DNA of 64,000 nucleotides from Candidatus Aenigmatarchaeota archaeon (GCA_016187335.1 JACPJW010000001.1:768001-832000), one strand, 5' to 3'. Numbered from the stretch's first letter, positions 1-9,235 are shown. Program-made: numbers and translations. Notes: a model not told the origin generated them from the letters alone.

Positions 1-5
1 GTTTT

Positions 6-221
6 TTGGTGGCTTTTGCTTTATCCCCGCAGCTGATTAAAACATGGAAGACAAAATCCACGAAGGACATATCGCTCCATTGGACATTGCTGCTGATGAC
101 CGGATTGTTGCTATGGATAATCTACGCGATTGTGAACAACATTGTTCCTTTGGCGGTTTTCGCGGCTATAGAGTTTTTGATGGCAACTGCCCTGTTCATA
201 CTCAAGCTAATTTACAAATGA
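6..221 (+). CDS. SemiSWEET / PQ-loop family small transporter (5' end probably upstream of window)
   Basis: PQ motif (SPQLIKTWKTKSTKDIS) followed by hydrophobic helices, typical of SemiSWEET/MtN3; the first TM is likely truncated by the window edge. Confidence 0.8.
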   Translation: MVAFALSPQLIKTWKTKSTKDISLHWTLLLMTGLLLWIIYAIVNNIVPLAVFAAIEFLMATALFILKLIYK

Positions 222-240
222 GAACCGAACTGGATTTGAC

Positions 241-696
241 TTAGTCCTTCCCCTTGAAAAAAAGCCAGTTGTTGCCGCGCCCCGCAAAGGCGGTTTTAAT
301 CAGTATATACCTGCCCTTTAATTTTCTTCCATGCACGCGGAAAACAATCTTGTTCCTCTTGATGCTCTCGGGCTCGTACCAGCCGCGGTCCCATATCTTG
401 ACGGCGCCGGCGCCGTACTGGCCTTCCGGTATGCGCCCGGCAAAGCGCGCATAAGCCTTGGGATGGTCTTCCGTCTGGACAGCCAGTCTCTTCTCGCCTG
501 GTCCGAGCAAAGGCGTTTTCGGCAAGGCCCATGATTTCAGGATGCCTTTCTGCTCAAGCCTTAAGTCCCAGTGAAGCCTCGTCGCCTTATGTTCTTGGAT
601 AACATAAATTAGCTTCTTGCCGTATTTGGCAATTTTAGGCTTAGGTTCTTTTGTTTTAGAAAAGTTCCTTTTCTTCTTGTAAGCGGCTAGGGACAT
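241..696 (-). CDS. Stand-alone LigD 3'-phosphoesterase (PE) domain protein
   Basis: Motifs YxxKRNFSKTxEP, VIQEHxATRLHWDLRLE, LKSWALPK, KRLAVQTEDHP, YGAGxVxIWDxG are diagnostic of LigD_N/PE. Confidence 0.92.
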   Translation of the reverse strand: MSLAAYKKKRNFSKTKEPKPKIAKYGKKLIYVIQEHKATRLHWDLRLEQKGILKSWALPKTPLLGPGEKRLAVQTEDHPKAYARFAGRIPEGQYGAGAVKIWDRGWYEPESIKRNKIVFRVHGRKLKGRYILIKTAFAGRGNNWLFFKGKD

Positions 697-697
697 T

Positions 698-1342
698 TCA
701 TAACCTCTTCGTCACGCCCTGCTTCGGGCATAGCTTGTTGAGAACACATTTGCTGCAATAAGGCGCAGGTGCTTTGCAAATCGCGCGTCCGTGGTCCTTG
801 AGCAGGTGCGGAATTTTCTTCCATTCATTCTTTTGTATAAGATTCATTAAATCCCTTTCGATTTTATCAGGATTTCTACTTTCAGTCCAGCCAAGCCTGT
901 ACGATAATCTTATGCAATGTGTGTCTATAATTATGCCATCAACTTTATCAAAGGCATTCTGAAGAATCGCGTTCGCCGTCTTCCTTCCGACACCGGGCAG
1001 CTCTGTTAATTCTTCAATTGTCCGCGGCACTTTCCCGCCGTGTTTTTCCACAAGCATTTTACAGGCTTCCTTGATGTGCTTCGCTTTGTTCTTGTAAAAA
1101 GTGATGGAAGAAATTTCTTTTTCCAGGTCATGCAAAGAAGCCTTTGCATAATCATTCGCTGTCCTGTATTTCCTGAAAAGCCGCGGCGTCGTGGCATTGA
1201 CAACCTCGTCGCGCACCTGCGCTGAAAGAATGGCTGCGACCATTAATTCCAGCGGATTGGAGAAGTCCAGGTAGTATTTCGTATGGGGATATTCCTTTTT
1301 CAGCGCCGCGATAACTTTCGCAGCTTTTTCTTGGCCGTTCAT
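698..1342 (-). CDS. nth: Endonuclease III (HhH-GPD, 4Fe-4S)
   Basis: HhH LPGVGRKTAN with catalytic Lys, DTH Asp, C-x6-C-x2-C-x5-C cluster (CKAPAPYCSKCVLNKLC). Confidence 0.95.
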   Translation of the reverse strand: MNGQEKAAKVIAALKKEYPHTKYYLDFSNPLELMVAAILSAQVRDEVVNATTPRLFRKYRTANDYAKASLHDLEKEISSITFYKNKAKHIKEACKMLVEKHGGKVPRTIEELTELPGVGRKTANAILQNAFDKVDGIIIDTHCIRLSYRLGWTESRNPDKIERDLMNLIQKNEWKKIPHLLKDHGRAICKAPAPYCSKCVLNKLCPKQGVTKRL

Positions 1343-1514
1343 TATAAAGATATAATTTTTCTCGGATTAATTCTTTTCAAATCCGGATTTTCCCACCTTA
1401 ATTCCTGTTTGATGACACAATTCATCAAGGATTACGCTTTAATTTCTTCAAAAACAAAACATTGATGATGTTTAGCGGACATATATCGTCAGTTTATTCT
1501 AGGAGGTTTGATTT

Positions 1515-2630
1515 ATGAAAATCGGGACTGTCAAAGAAATAAAAACGGGCGAAAACAGGGTAGGTCTGACCCCTCTCGGCACAGCTTCGCTTGCTGTCGC
1601 GAAACATGAAGTATTTGTTGAGAAAGGCGCCGGGGCAGGTTCAGGCTTCAGCGACGAGGAATACAAGCGCGCCGGTGCTAAAATACTGATGACGGCGAAG
1701 GAAGTCTGGAACAAGTGCGACATGGTTGTGAAGGTCAAAGAACCGGTTATCTCGGAATTCCCGCTGCTTCGCGAAGGGCTTATTTTGTTCACGTATTTTC
1801 ACCTTGCTTCGGACAAGAAATTAACGGAAGAGCTGATGAAGAAGAAAGTAACCGCGGTTGCTTATGAAACCGTCGAGCTGGAAGACAAGTCAACGCCGCT
1901 GCTCACTCCGATGAGCGAGGTAGCCGGCAGGATGTCTGTTCTCGTTGGCGTTCATTATTTGCAGAAGCATCACGGCGGCTCCGGAGTGCTTCTTAGCGGC
2001 GTGCCCGGCGTTGCTCCCGGGAAGGTTGCGATAGTCGGGACAGGCGTTGTCGGCATCAACGCCGCGAAAATGGCTTACGGCCTTGGCGCTGATGTGACAA
2101 TTGTTGGAAGGAATCCGACGCAGCTGAAGTACATTGACGACCTGTTTCACGGCAAAGTGAAGACATTGTATTCAAACCCTGCAAACATCGAGCGCGCTGT
2201 TTCAGAAGCGGATCTGCTGGTGGGCGCTGTGTATAATACAGGGGCAAGCGCGCCGAAACTGGTCACAAGGGATATGGTCAGAAAGATGAGAAAAGGCTCT
2301 GTCATCGTTGATGTTTCCATTGACCAGGGCGGCTGCATTGAAACGATAAGAGCAACGACGCATGAGCAGCCTGTTTACGTTGAAGAAGGCGTCATACATT
2401 ACGGCGTGACAAACATGCCCGGCGCTGTCGCGAGGACATCAACCTTGGCGCTGACAAGCGCCACGCTGCCGTATGCGCTTGCACTGGCAAACAAAGGAGT
2501 CGTGCGCGCGGTGAAAGAAGATCCTGCTTTGTGGAAAGGAGTCAACACGCACAAAGGCAAATTAACAGAAAAGAATGTCTCGTCGTCGCTGAAAATTCCG
2601 TACACGCCGCTGGAGCAGGCGCTGAAGTGA
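1515..2630 (+). CDS. ald: Alanine dehydrogenase (NAD-dependent, AlaDh/PNT family)
   Basis: KEIKxGENRVGLTP, VKVKEP, FTYFHLA, PLLTPMSEVAGR, GxGVVG, VDVSIDQGG, YGVTNMPGAV; AGGAGG SD upstream. Confidence 0.95.
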   Translation: MKIGTVKEIKTGENRVGLTPLGTASLAVAKHEVFVEKGAGAGSGFSDEEYKRAGAKILMTAKEVWNKCDMVVKVKEPVISEFPLLREGLILFTYFHLASDKKLTEELMKKKVTAVAYETVELEDKSTPLLTPMSEVAGRMSVLVGVHYLQKHHGGSGVLLSGVPGVAPGKVAIVGTGVVGINAAKMAYGLGADVTIVGRNPTQLKYIDDLFHGKVKTLYSNPANIERAVSEADLLVGAVYNTGASAPKLVTRDMVRKMRKGSVIVDVSIDQGGCIETIRATTHEQPVYVEEGVIHYGVTNMPGAVARTSTLALTSATLPYALALANKGVVRAVKEDPALWKGVNTHKGKLTEKNVSSSLKIPYTPLEQALK

Positions 2631-2642
2631 AAATTAGAATCA

Positions 2643-2876
2643 TCAGCCACTAATCGAACCAATTAAAAAAATCAAACCTAGAATAATGAACACGATTCCT
2701 GCAAAATAAAATCTTATTCTGCCAAAAGTTCCGACTGGTTTTGATTCAAATTCCTTAGAACCGGTTGCTTTGCTTAATTTTTTCATATAAAATTCTGTAA
2801 TTTTTCTATTAAATACAAAAAACATGATGCCCGCAACGGTTAGAACAATACCGATCAACAACGTGTGGAATGTCAT
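2643..2876 (-). CDS. Small two-TM membrane protein, unknown function
   Basis: 77 aa with two hydrophobic segments separated by a basic loop. Confidence 0.6.
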   Translation of the reverse strand: MTFHTLLIGIVLTVAGIMFFVFNRKITEFYMKKLSKATGSKEFESKPVGTFGRIRFYFAGIVFIILGLIFLIGSISG

Positions 2877-2905
2877 AATTTTAGTTGAATATAGAATTTA
2901 TAAAA

Positions 2906-3160
2906 TTACCTCCCCATCTCGTAGAAAGGCAGCCTTCGCGACGCTTCAAGGAAAACGATAAGCAGCGCGAACAGGATGAGCAGGGTGCCGACGACTTTCA
3001 CGTCTTTTTCCGAGGGGTATGTAAGCCATACGTAAAGGAAAGGTGCAAGGACAAGCAGCATCGCGATAAAATACCACTTGGTGCGGTAAACGTAAATCTT
3101 TTTTGCCCTGTCCCTGAGTTTGGACCTGATTTTTCTGATGCGCTTCATGAAATGCACCAA
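2906..3160 (-). CDS. Small two-TM membrane protein, unknown function
   Basis: Basic N-terminus plus two hydrophobic helices; GGAGG-like SD upstream. Confidence 0.6.
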   Translation of the reverse strand: MVHFMKRIRKIRSKLRDRAKKIYVYRTKWYFIAMLLVLAPFLYVWLTYPSEKDVKVVGTLLILFALLIVFLEASRRLPFYEMGR

Positions 3161-3171
3161 AGCAGGAAGGA

Positions 3172-3465
3172 TTATTCCTTCCTTATTGTTATCTCCATCT
3201 TCTTCGGGTCGAAATTAATTATAACTTTGTCGCCTGTGCGAAAAAACGGGTCAAGTTTCTTCGGGATTGTCACCGCTTTGGAAATGCCTACTTTAATTAC
3301 CTTTCTTTTCTCATGTATTTTTGGCAGAAGCTTTCTCTGCGCCCTTATGGCTTCATCTAAGCCAATAAGCTCTTTGCGGCATTTGTTGCAGACAGATACT
3401 TTTGTCATTTCCCCAAATATCTTCACTGTTTTTTCTTTCATCTCGCCGCCGCAACTGCATTTCAT
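3172..3465 (-). CDS. Putative antitoxin: YgiT/MqsA-type zinc finger fused to AbrB/SpoVT-type DNA-binding domain
   Basis: Likely start MKCSCGGEM at 3465 with GGTGA SD; CxC...CxxC followed by RKVIKVGISKAVTIPK (AbrB-like swapped-hairpin motif). Confidence 0.7.
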   Translation of the reverse strand: MKCSCGGEMKEKTVKIFGEMTKVSVCNKCRKELIGLDEAIRAQRKLLPKIHEKRKVIKVGISKAVTIPKKLDPFFRTGDKVIINFDPKKMEITIRKE

Positions 3466-3469
3466 TTTC

Positions 3470-3736
3470 TCACCTTTTCCTTGTTGTGGTTCCGATAGTG
3501 ATAAGTTCATTATAGTCGTCGTAGCCTGCAAATATGATGTAAGCAATTTTGTTCTTTTATATGGGCAATGAGACACGGAATTTATTTTTACCTTCTTGAA
3601 AAATTTCTCCGTGTTCCCATATTTCCTTTATCTTTTGGAAGTTTATCCTGTGGGCTTCCCTTTCATAAAAATGCCTTGTGAATTTCAGTTCCTTTTTCCT
3701 TATTTCATGCGCTTCCTCATCAGAAATTCTCCTCAT
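3470..3736 (-). pseudogene. DUF4258/RelE-like toxin interrupted by one in-frame TAA (3557-3559)
   Basis: Manual translation: MRRISDEEAHEIRKKELKFTRHFYEREAHRINFQKIKEIWEHGEIFQEGKNKFRVSLPI*KNKIAYIIFAGYDDYNELITIGTTTRKR*. FTxHxxER start and ITI end resemble DUF4258; it lies directly upstream of the Zn-finger antitoxin. Confidence 0.6.
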
Positions 3737-3803
3737 TGGAATGCCTTCTGATTTAAATTAGAATAAATTATTATAATGAAAGTTTATAAAGATTTTGAAC
3801 AGC

Positions 3804-4421
3804 TTAAATCTCTATAATCCTGCCCTGCTTGCCCAGAGAGATGACCGCAGTCCTGCCTATCTTTTCTTCAAAGCCCTCTGTTTCATGGATGTGCCCGCAC
3901 AGGTGTATGTCGGGCTGCAGCTCCTCTATTGCTTTTCTGACGCCGCTGCTGCCGGGATAGCCTGAAACCTTTTCCATCGTGCTTTTCGCGGGATGCATGT
4001 GCGTGATCATTATCTTTTTTTCCGCATCCCTGACGTTCCTGAAGCCTTTCTTCAGGGCATCGAAAGTCTCCCTGTCCGTAAGGATGTTTATGCCCACGTT
4101 GCCTCCGCCGCATCCGAAAAATCCTACATTATTCACCACAGCCGAGCGTTCCTGCAGGTTGTTTATCCTGTACTTTTCCTTGAGCAGCTCGGCTGTTGCT
4201 ATGCTGTCGTGGTTTCCCGCCACGAAAAAGACGTGCTTCTTCTTTTCCAGGAAAGGGCCTATCATGCCGTGCCAGTCGTTGTCGAAATAGGTAAGGTCGC
4301 CGGCGAGTATGACCAGGTCTACGTTGTATTTTTCCGCCTTATCTGCCAGCCTTTTCGCGGCCCTTGTGTCCTCGTGGATGTCGGAGGCGGCGAGGATTTT
4401 CAGCTTTGACATAATTATCAA
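3804..4421 (-). CDS. Calcineurin-like metallophosphoesterase (Icc-related)
   Basis: DIHE, AGDL, AGNHD, THMHP, CGHIHE metal-binding motifs. Confidence 0.9.
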   Translation of the reverse strand: MIIMSKLKILAASDIHEDTRAAKRLADKAEKYNVDLVILAGDLTYFDNDWHGMIGPFLEKKKHVFFVAGNHDSIATAELLKEKYRINNLQERSAVVNNVGFFGCGGGNVGINILTDRETFDALKKGFRNVRDAEKKIMITHMHPAKSTMEKVSGYPGSSGVRKAIEELQPDIHLCGHIHETEGFEEKIGRTAVISLGKQGRIIEI

Positions 4422-4792
4422 GATAAACTATTTGGAAAATCCCTATATAAAACAATTCTTTCAGGCGAGGATTCAATAACCTTGTAGCCGGATTCTTTGC
4501 AAATAGGGACCAGTTTTCTCATCGTATGGCCGTCTGTGAATTCGACAAGATTCCTGAGGGGACCATGTTCCATTGCGAATATATCCAGAACGCTGAAAGA
4601 CACCCTGAGGAGATAAGGCCCTATTTCCTGTCCTTGTTCTAACGCTTCAATGTATGAAATGAACACCCGCCGCCCGTCCGGCTCTCTGCAGTCGGGATCG
4701 TGCGATATATTGCAATATCCAAGAACCCTTCCGTTTTCATGGGTGGTTAATCCTATAAATTCGTCGGATTCGATTTTCGCGACGTCAAGCAT
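4418..4792 (-). CDS. Hypothetical protein, possibly GNAT-like fold
   Basis: Pattern VLGYC...VFISYIEALEQGQEIGxxLL and xxGY end loosely resembles GNAT motifs A/B; stop overlaps the next gene start. Confidence 0.45.
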   Translation of the reverse strand: MLDVAKIESDEFIGLTTHENGRVLGYCNISHDPDCREPDGRRVFISYIEALEQGQEIGPYLLRVSFSVLDIFAMEHGPLRNLVEFTDGHTMRKLVPICKESGYKVIESSPERIVLYRDFPNSLS

Positions 4793-4909
4793 CTATCAAA
4801 AACTTCGCAAATCCTTAAAAATAGAATCACGGCACCCTTTGGCCAATGATAGTTGCTCTTACTTCTCATTGAAGGCCGGATGCCTTTTGTATCTTGACGG
4901 AAAGCATAT

Positions 4910-5191
4910 TTAAGCTTTCTTCAGGCGGTCTATCTTCTCTGCCATATCGAAGTCCATTTCTGTCAGGCCGCCTTCGTCGTGGGTTGTCAGCGATAATTCG
5001 ACTTTGTTGTAGCTTATCAGCATGTCCGGGTGGTGGTCGTTTTCCTCGGCTATTTCGGCTGTTTTGTTCGCGAACTTCATGGCCTCGCGAAAATCGTGGA
5101 AAACAAACTGCCTGGTTATCATGTTTCCTTCCAGCCGCCACCCATCAAGCTCGGAAAGCCTGTGCTGGATTTCTTTTTGCTCAAGCATCAT
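4910..5191 (-). CDS. phhB: Pterin-4-alpha-carbinolamine dehydratase (PCD)
   Basis: AEENDHHPDM, LTTHDEGGLTEMDFDMA match the PCD HHP and THD motifs; start placed at the ATG following a GGTGA SD. Confidence 0.92.
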   Translation of the reverse strand: MMLEQKEIQHRLSELDGWRLEGNMITRQFVFHDFREAMKFANKTAEIAEENDHHPDMLISYNKVELSLTTHDEGGLTEMDFDMAEKIDRLKKA

Positions 5192-5271
5192 TTCAGTCAC
5201 CACAGCCTGCAATTAGAATATCTGCGGAGAAGCAGGGTTTCTCCAGATTCCGGAAGGCTTTGTCTGGAAAA

Positions 5272-5382
5272 TTACTTCCGTTTTTTCTTGTACTTGCGCT
5301 CGAAGCCCTTCTTGTAGCCCTTGTACCTCTTCTTTTTCCGCTCGAAGGCTTCGTGCTTGTCGTAGTCCTGAATGAGGTTCAC
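5272..5382 (-). CDS. Unannotated Lys/Arg-rich microprotein (~33-36 aa)
   Basis: (M)NLIQDYDKHEAFERKKKRYKGYKKGFERKYKKKRK*; G/C-ending codon bias like conserved genes; AGGTGA SD; start GTG 5382 or ATT 5373. Confidence 0.55.
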   Translation of the reverse strand: MNLIQDYDKHEAFERKKKRYKGYKKGFERKYKKKRK

Positions 5383-5594
5383 CTTTCATAAATTATTATT
5401 CTTGCATGTCATTTAAGCTTTTTTGACACTTCCAGAACTTCCCTGCCATGTTCTTCTGGAACGACTTTCGGGAAAACGTGCGCGATTCTGTCGTCTTTCC
5501 CCAAAATCCTGCCATTATTTGCCACATAAATCACTAAATAGCAATTACATTAACTTTAAAAACGCTTATATACCACCCTATACCAAGCTTTATA

Positions 5595-8500
5595 ATGCGC
5601 AAGGCGTTCGTAATTGGCTTATTTCTTGTTCTGCTCTCTTCTATTGCCATTGCTCAAACGCTGAAGGGCGTCAATGAAGCGTGCACAAGCGGAACCGAAT
5701 GCAAATCAGGCTTCTGCGTCGCAACTAATGCAGAGGTTACGCAGGGAGTATGCGCTTCCACAACATCGCCGGCTTCAACGGCGTCGCCGTGCGTTGACGG
5801 GCCTGTGCCTTTGGCCGGGTGCAAATGCGGCGGCATCGCGATAGGCGCGGGCGCATGCAAAGGAGGCATTTTCTATTACCCGCCTTACCAGTCAGGCAAG
5901 GCTTTCGGCGAGTCCTGCACCGACGGCAACCAGTGCAGCACGGGCATTTGTTTCCTGGGTAAATGCGCTTACAGGACTTTGTGCACCTCCCAATCGCCCG
6001 GATACTGCGACACGCAGGATGACTGCCTTGCCGTATCCGGAAAATGGTGCACTTATGTATCCGGGGGCAGCAGCTGTTCTGTTTCATGCCCCACCTGCGC
6101 GTCTGATTACCTTTCGCAATGCGCAACACAAAGCAGCTGTACAGCCGTTGGCGGTTACTGGTGCAGCAACCAATGCTCCAGCGTGGCGTGCCCTTCACAA
6201 AGCGGTTCAACGAACCAATCAACGGATTTATGCTCAGGCGTGACATGCAATTCCCCGCCAAATTCGCAATGTTATTATTCTCCCGGAACATGCTCGGCTG
6301 GTTCTTGCTCTTACTCAAAAAAATCTGACGGCACCCCATGCGATGACAGCAATCCTTCCACAACAGGGGATAAGTGCACAAACGGCGTTTGTTCCGGAAC
6401 GCAGGCAAACGCAACCAATAAAGGGGCATGCATGGTAAGAGACGCTTACACCAGCACGCCTTTATTTTCAGCGCCTGATATCGGAAAAGGATATGCAAAG
6501 AATGCAAAGGATGCGAACACAATTGAGGGACTGAGAACCGCTTGCACAAAAACCGATTATGACGAGCTCTTGAAAAACTACTGCACGCAAAATTCAAACA
6601 CCGTGCAGCAGCAGGTTGTTGTCTACTATCCTGACGGAAACGCGTACAGTTCAGGCTGCGGCGCTTCCGGCTGCGATTTCTACTCGTGCTCGTCAACAAA
6701 TACTACAACACAAACAAACCAGACAGCATCATCCGACAATGGCGCGTGCGTTGTAAGAGACAGCTACACGAGCCTGCCGCTTTATACGGATCCTGACTTG
6801 GGCAAAGGATACGCGAAGAAAACAAAAGGCGGCATCAATACTATTGACGGCTTGAAAACAGCGTGCACAAAGGCTGACTACGATGACCTGCTGCAGAAAT
6901 ATTGCGCGCAAAACAACAGGTCTGTCCAGCAGGGGGTTGTCACTTACGGTCCTGGCGGGGGGTGGTCAAGCAGCAGCTGCGGCGCATTCGGTTGTGAAGA
7001 CCATTCATGCCCTGCAGGATCGGGCAACGCAACGTCCACAACGATGCCGCCAACAAATGCAACCAATGCAACAAGACCATCCTGTCCTTCGTATTCCGTG
7101 CCTTCATGTTCTTCCGTCACTTACCTGAAAACAAATTACGACAGCCAGGGATGCGCTTATTACCAGTGCGTTTCATCAGCATCTCCATCAACGCCTGCTG
7201 CTTCAGGCAGTGGCGCTGGCGGAGGCGGCGGGGCAGGAGGATTGATATCAACATGCGCTCAAGTCATAACGCCCGCAATGGACGCTGCGGGCAACTGCAG
7301 GGAATATACAACATCTTGTCTGCCGCCGGGATGGAACAAGGTTGACAAATGCCCCGGACGGGCAAGCACATGCGGAAACGCCGTTTGCGAGCCGGGAGAA
7401 AGCTCTTTGACGTGCCCGGGCGACTGTAAGGGAAAATATCTTTGCGGCAATGGCCTTTGCGAGCCTGACATGGGAGAGTCTTATTTGAATTGTCCCCAGG
7501 ATTGCCAGCGTGCTGACTGCCCTGTGCATCAGGCGCCTGTTTGCGAAAGAGGGTTCGCGATGGCAGGACCTTTTGACGATAAAGGATGCAGGGGGCCGCC
7601 GACGTGCTGCGGCGACAGTGTGTGCAGCGGCGGAGAGAACTCACAGAACTGCCGGCAGGACTGCATAGGCGCTGAGCCTGACAGGATACAATGCCCGGAT
7701 GGAAGCTACGCTGCGTGCAAGGTGGATGCGCGCGGCGTGCGGTATTGCGAGCCGTGCAGGATTGTCAATCTGCCTGCCGGGTGCAGGCAGGAAGTTGAGA
7801 AGGAAACAGGCTTCGTGAAGGTTGTTTGTGAAAGCATACAGCGAATCTGCCCTTCGTTTTCAATGCCGCAGAACGCAAAACAGATATGCGAACAGAAAGG
7901 AGGAATTTTCAATATCAGGAAGGATTATAACGGATGCGAGTTTCCCGACTGCTCTTTCGGCGAAGTTTCATCCTCGCCTATTCCTGTCCTGAGTTTCAGG
8001 GCGGAAAGCAGATGCTTGATTGAAAGCAAGGAGCAGCGGGAAGCCAAAAAGCAGGAATGCGAGAAGCTTGGTCTTGGTTACGTTATTTCCGTTCAGGGAG
8101 AATGCAAGATTTCCAAGTGCGTGCCAAAGGAGCAGAAAAGCGGATGCCAGCCAATATCTGAGCAGCAGCAGAAAATTGAGAGCGAATGCAGGCAGCGTGG
8201 CTTAAGCGTTGTGAAAGATTTCGACCAGAGCGGCTGTGCTGTATTGAAATGCGGAGAAATTTCGCAATGCTTCAAAGACCTTCCAACGGAAGCCTACGAG
8301 AAATGCGGCTCGCAGGGCGGCGAGCTGGTTATAAGAAGGAACGAGCAGGGATGCATCATGCTTTCGCAATGCATCCGGAAAGCGGATGTACGCCAGGCAT
8401 ACGTTGAGCCGATAGAAAAAATACCCGAATCAGCAGATATTCTTTCAATGGCATTCAAGATGGAAGAACTGAGAATAGAACTGGACAAGCTGGCAAAGAA

Positions 8501-9218
8501 GACAGATGATATTGCAAACTATTATGCGTCGGCAAATTCACCGGATGAGGGACGTTACAGGAGAGTTTCAAACATGTTCTCGGCAGCGAAAAGCAAGGTT
8601 GATGAGATAAAAGACAAGCTGCGCAATGTCGCCCAGAAAACCAACCCAACCGAAGATGACCTGATAGAAGTGAAGCGCGATGTCAGGTACATAAAAGACG
8701 TCATGATGAAGGATGCGATCTACGTTATGCTGAGTTCCAGCGACGACGTGAAGAGCATAAAAGAATCGCAAGCCGTTAAAGTAGGCGACAAGTTCGAGGA
8801 AGTAAATATTACAGACGACACCAACTGCGGTTCCGACAACAGCTGTTTCGACAGGGCTTTCAGGCTGTGCAAGAAAGTCGTATTCTATCCGGAAGGCAAG
8901 CAGGGGTCCAAGGTGGAAATAAGAGGGCTTGAAGGCGACGCGTGCATAATGTACGCGGTCACACCGGATACAGGAGAACTGCCGCCTGAAATTGTAAAAG
9001 AAATCAAGCCGCCTTACGACATGACGTGCAGGATAAAGAACTACGCCTTGGGAATGCAAATTACCGAAAAAGATATACTTTCCAACTGCGAGGGACCAAT
9101 GGTTGAACTTACGAAAAAGTTCAAGGAACAGGGCGGAGTGCAAGAAGAACTTTCTAAGCCTGCGCCAGCTGCAATAGCCGCACCGCCGCCTGCAGCGCAG
9201 TCAACGGCCAGAGGGTAA
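5595..9218 (+). CDS. Large secreted cysteine-rich protein (1207 aa) with repeats and a C-terminal helical domain
   Basis: Sec signal MRKAFVIGLFLVLLSSIAIA; numerous Cys modules, three CG(N/D)xxCxxGExxxxCPxDC-type repeats, a duplicated ~90-aa domain, S/T/G-rich linkers and a coiled-coil-like region. Confidence 0.9.
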   Translation: MRKAFVIGLFLVLLSSIAIAQTLKGVNEACTSGTECKSGFCVATNAEVTQGVCASTTSPASTASPCVDGPVPLAGCKCGGIAIGAGACKGGIFYYPPYQSGKAFGESCTDGNQCSTGICFLGKCAYRTLCTSQSPGYCDTQDDCLAVSGKWCTYVSGGSSCSVSCPTCASDYLSQCATQSSCTAVGGYWCSNQCSSVACPSQSGSTNQSTDLCSGVTCNSPPNSQCYYSPGTCSAGSCSYSKKSDGTPCDDSNPSTTGDKCTNGVCSGTQANATNKGACMVRDAYTSTPLFSAPDIGKGYAKNAKDANTIEGLRTACTKTDYDELLKNYCTQNSNTVQQQVVVYYPDGNAYSSGCGASGCDFYSCSSTNTTTQTNQTASSDNGACVVRDSYTSLPLYTDPDLGKGYAKKTKGGINTIDGLKTACTKADYDDLLQKYCAQNNRSVQQGVVTYGPGGGWSSSSCGAFGCEDHSCPAGSGNATSTTMPPTNATNATRPSCPSYSVPSCSSVTYLKTNYDSQGCAYYQCVSSASPSTPAASGSGAGGGGGAGGLISTCAQVITPAMDAAGNCREYTTSCLPPGWNKVDKCPGRASTCGNAVCEPGESSLTCPGDCKGKYLCGNGLCEPDMGESYLNCPQDCQRADCPVHQAPVCERGFAMAGPFDDKGCRGPPTCCGDSVCSGGENSQNCRQDCIGAEPDRIQCPDGSYAACKVDARGVRYCEPCRIVNLPAGCRQEVEKETGFVKVVCESIQRICPSFSMPQNAKQICEQKGGIFNIRKDYNGCEFPDCSFGEVSSSPIPVLSFRAESRCLIESKEQREAKKQECEKLGLGYVISVQGECKISKCVPKEQKSGCQPISEQQQKIESECRQRGLSVVKDFDQSGCAVLKCGEISQCFKDLPTEAYEKCGSQGGELVIRRNEQGCIMLSQCIRKADVRQAYVEPIEKIPESADILSMAFKMEELRIELDKLAKKTDDIANYYASANSPDEGRYRRVSNMFSAAKSKVDEIKDKLRNVAQKTNPTEDDLIEVKRDVRYIKDVMMKDAIYVMLSSSDDVKSIKESQAVKVGDKFEEVNITDDTNCGSDNSCFDRAFRLCKKVVFYPEGKQGSKVEIRGLEGDACIMYAVTPDTGELPPEIVKEIKPPYDMTCRIKNYALGMQITEKDILSNCEGPMVELTKKFKEQGGVQEELSKPAPAAIAAPPPAAQSTARG

Positions 9219-9235
9219 AAATAATCGGTGATTTT

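Noticed and set aside
3557-3559. Alternative genetic code (stop-codon reassignment) suggested by in-frame TAA here and at 23870-23872
   Set aside because: Dozens of conserved genes end at TAA, TAG or TGA at the expected positions and none needs read-through; isolated cases fit pseudogenisation or chance
5737-6699. Long antisense ORF (320 aa) and similar shadow ORFs (e.g. 2885-3571, 21960-22862, 37028-37747, 39759-40514, 44537-45457)
   Set aside because: They lie opposite or out of frame to well-supported genes, have no motifs, and are expected from G/C-biased third positions
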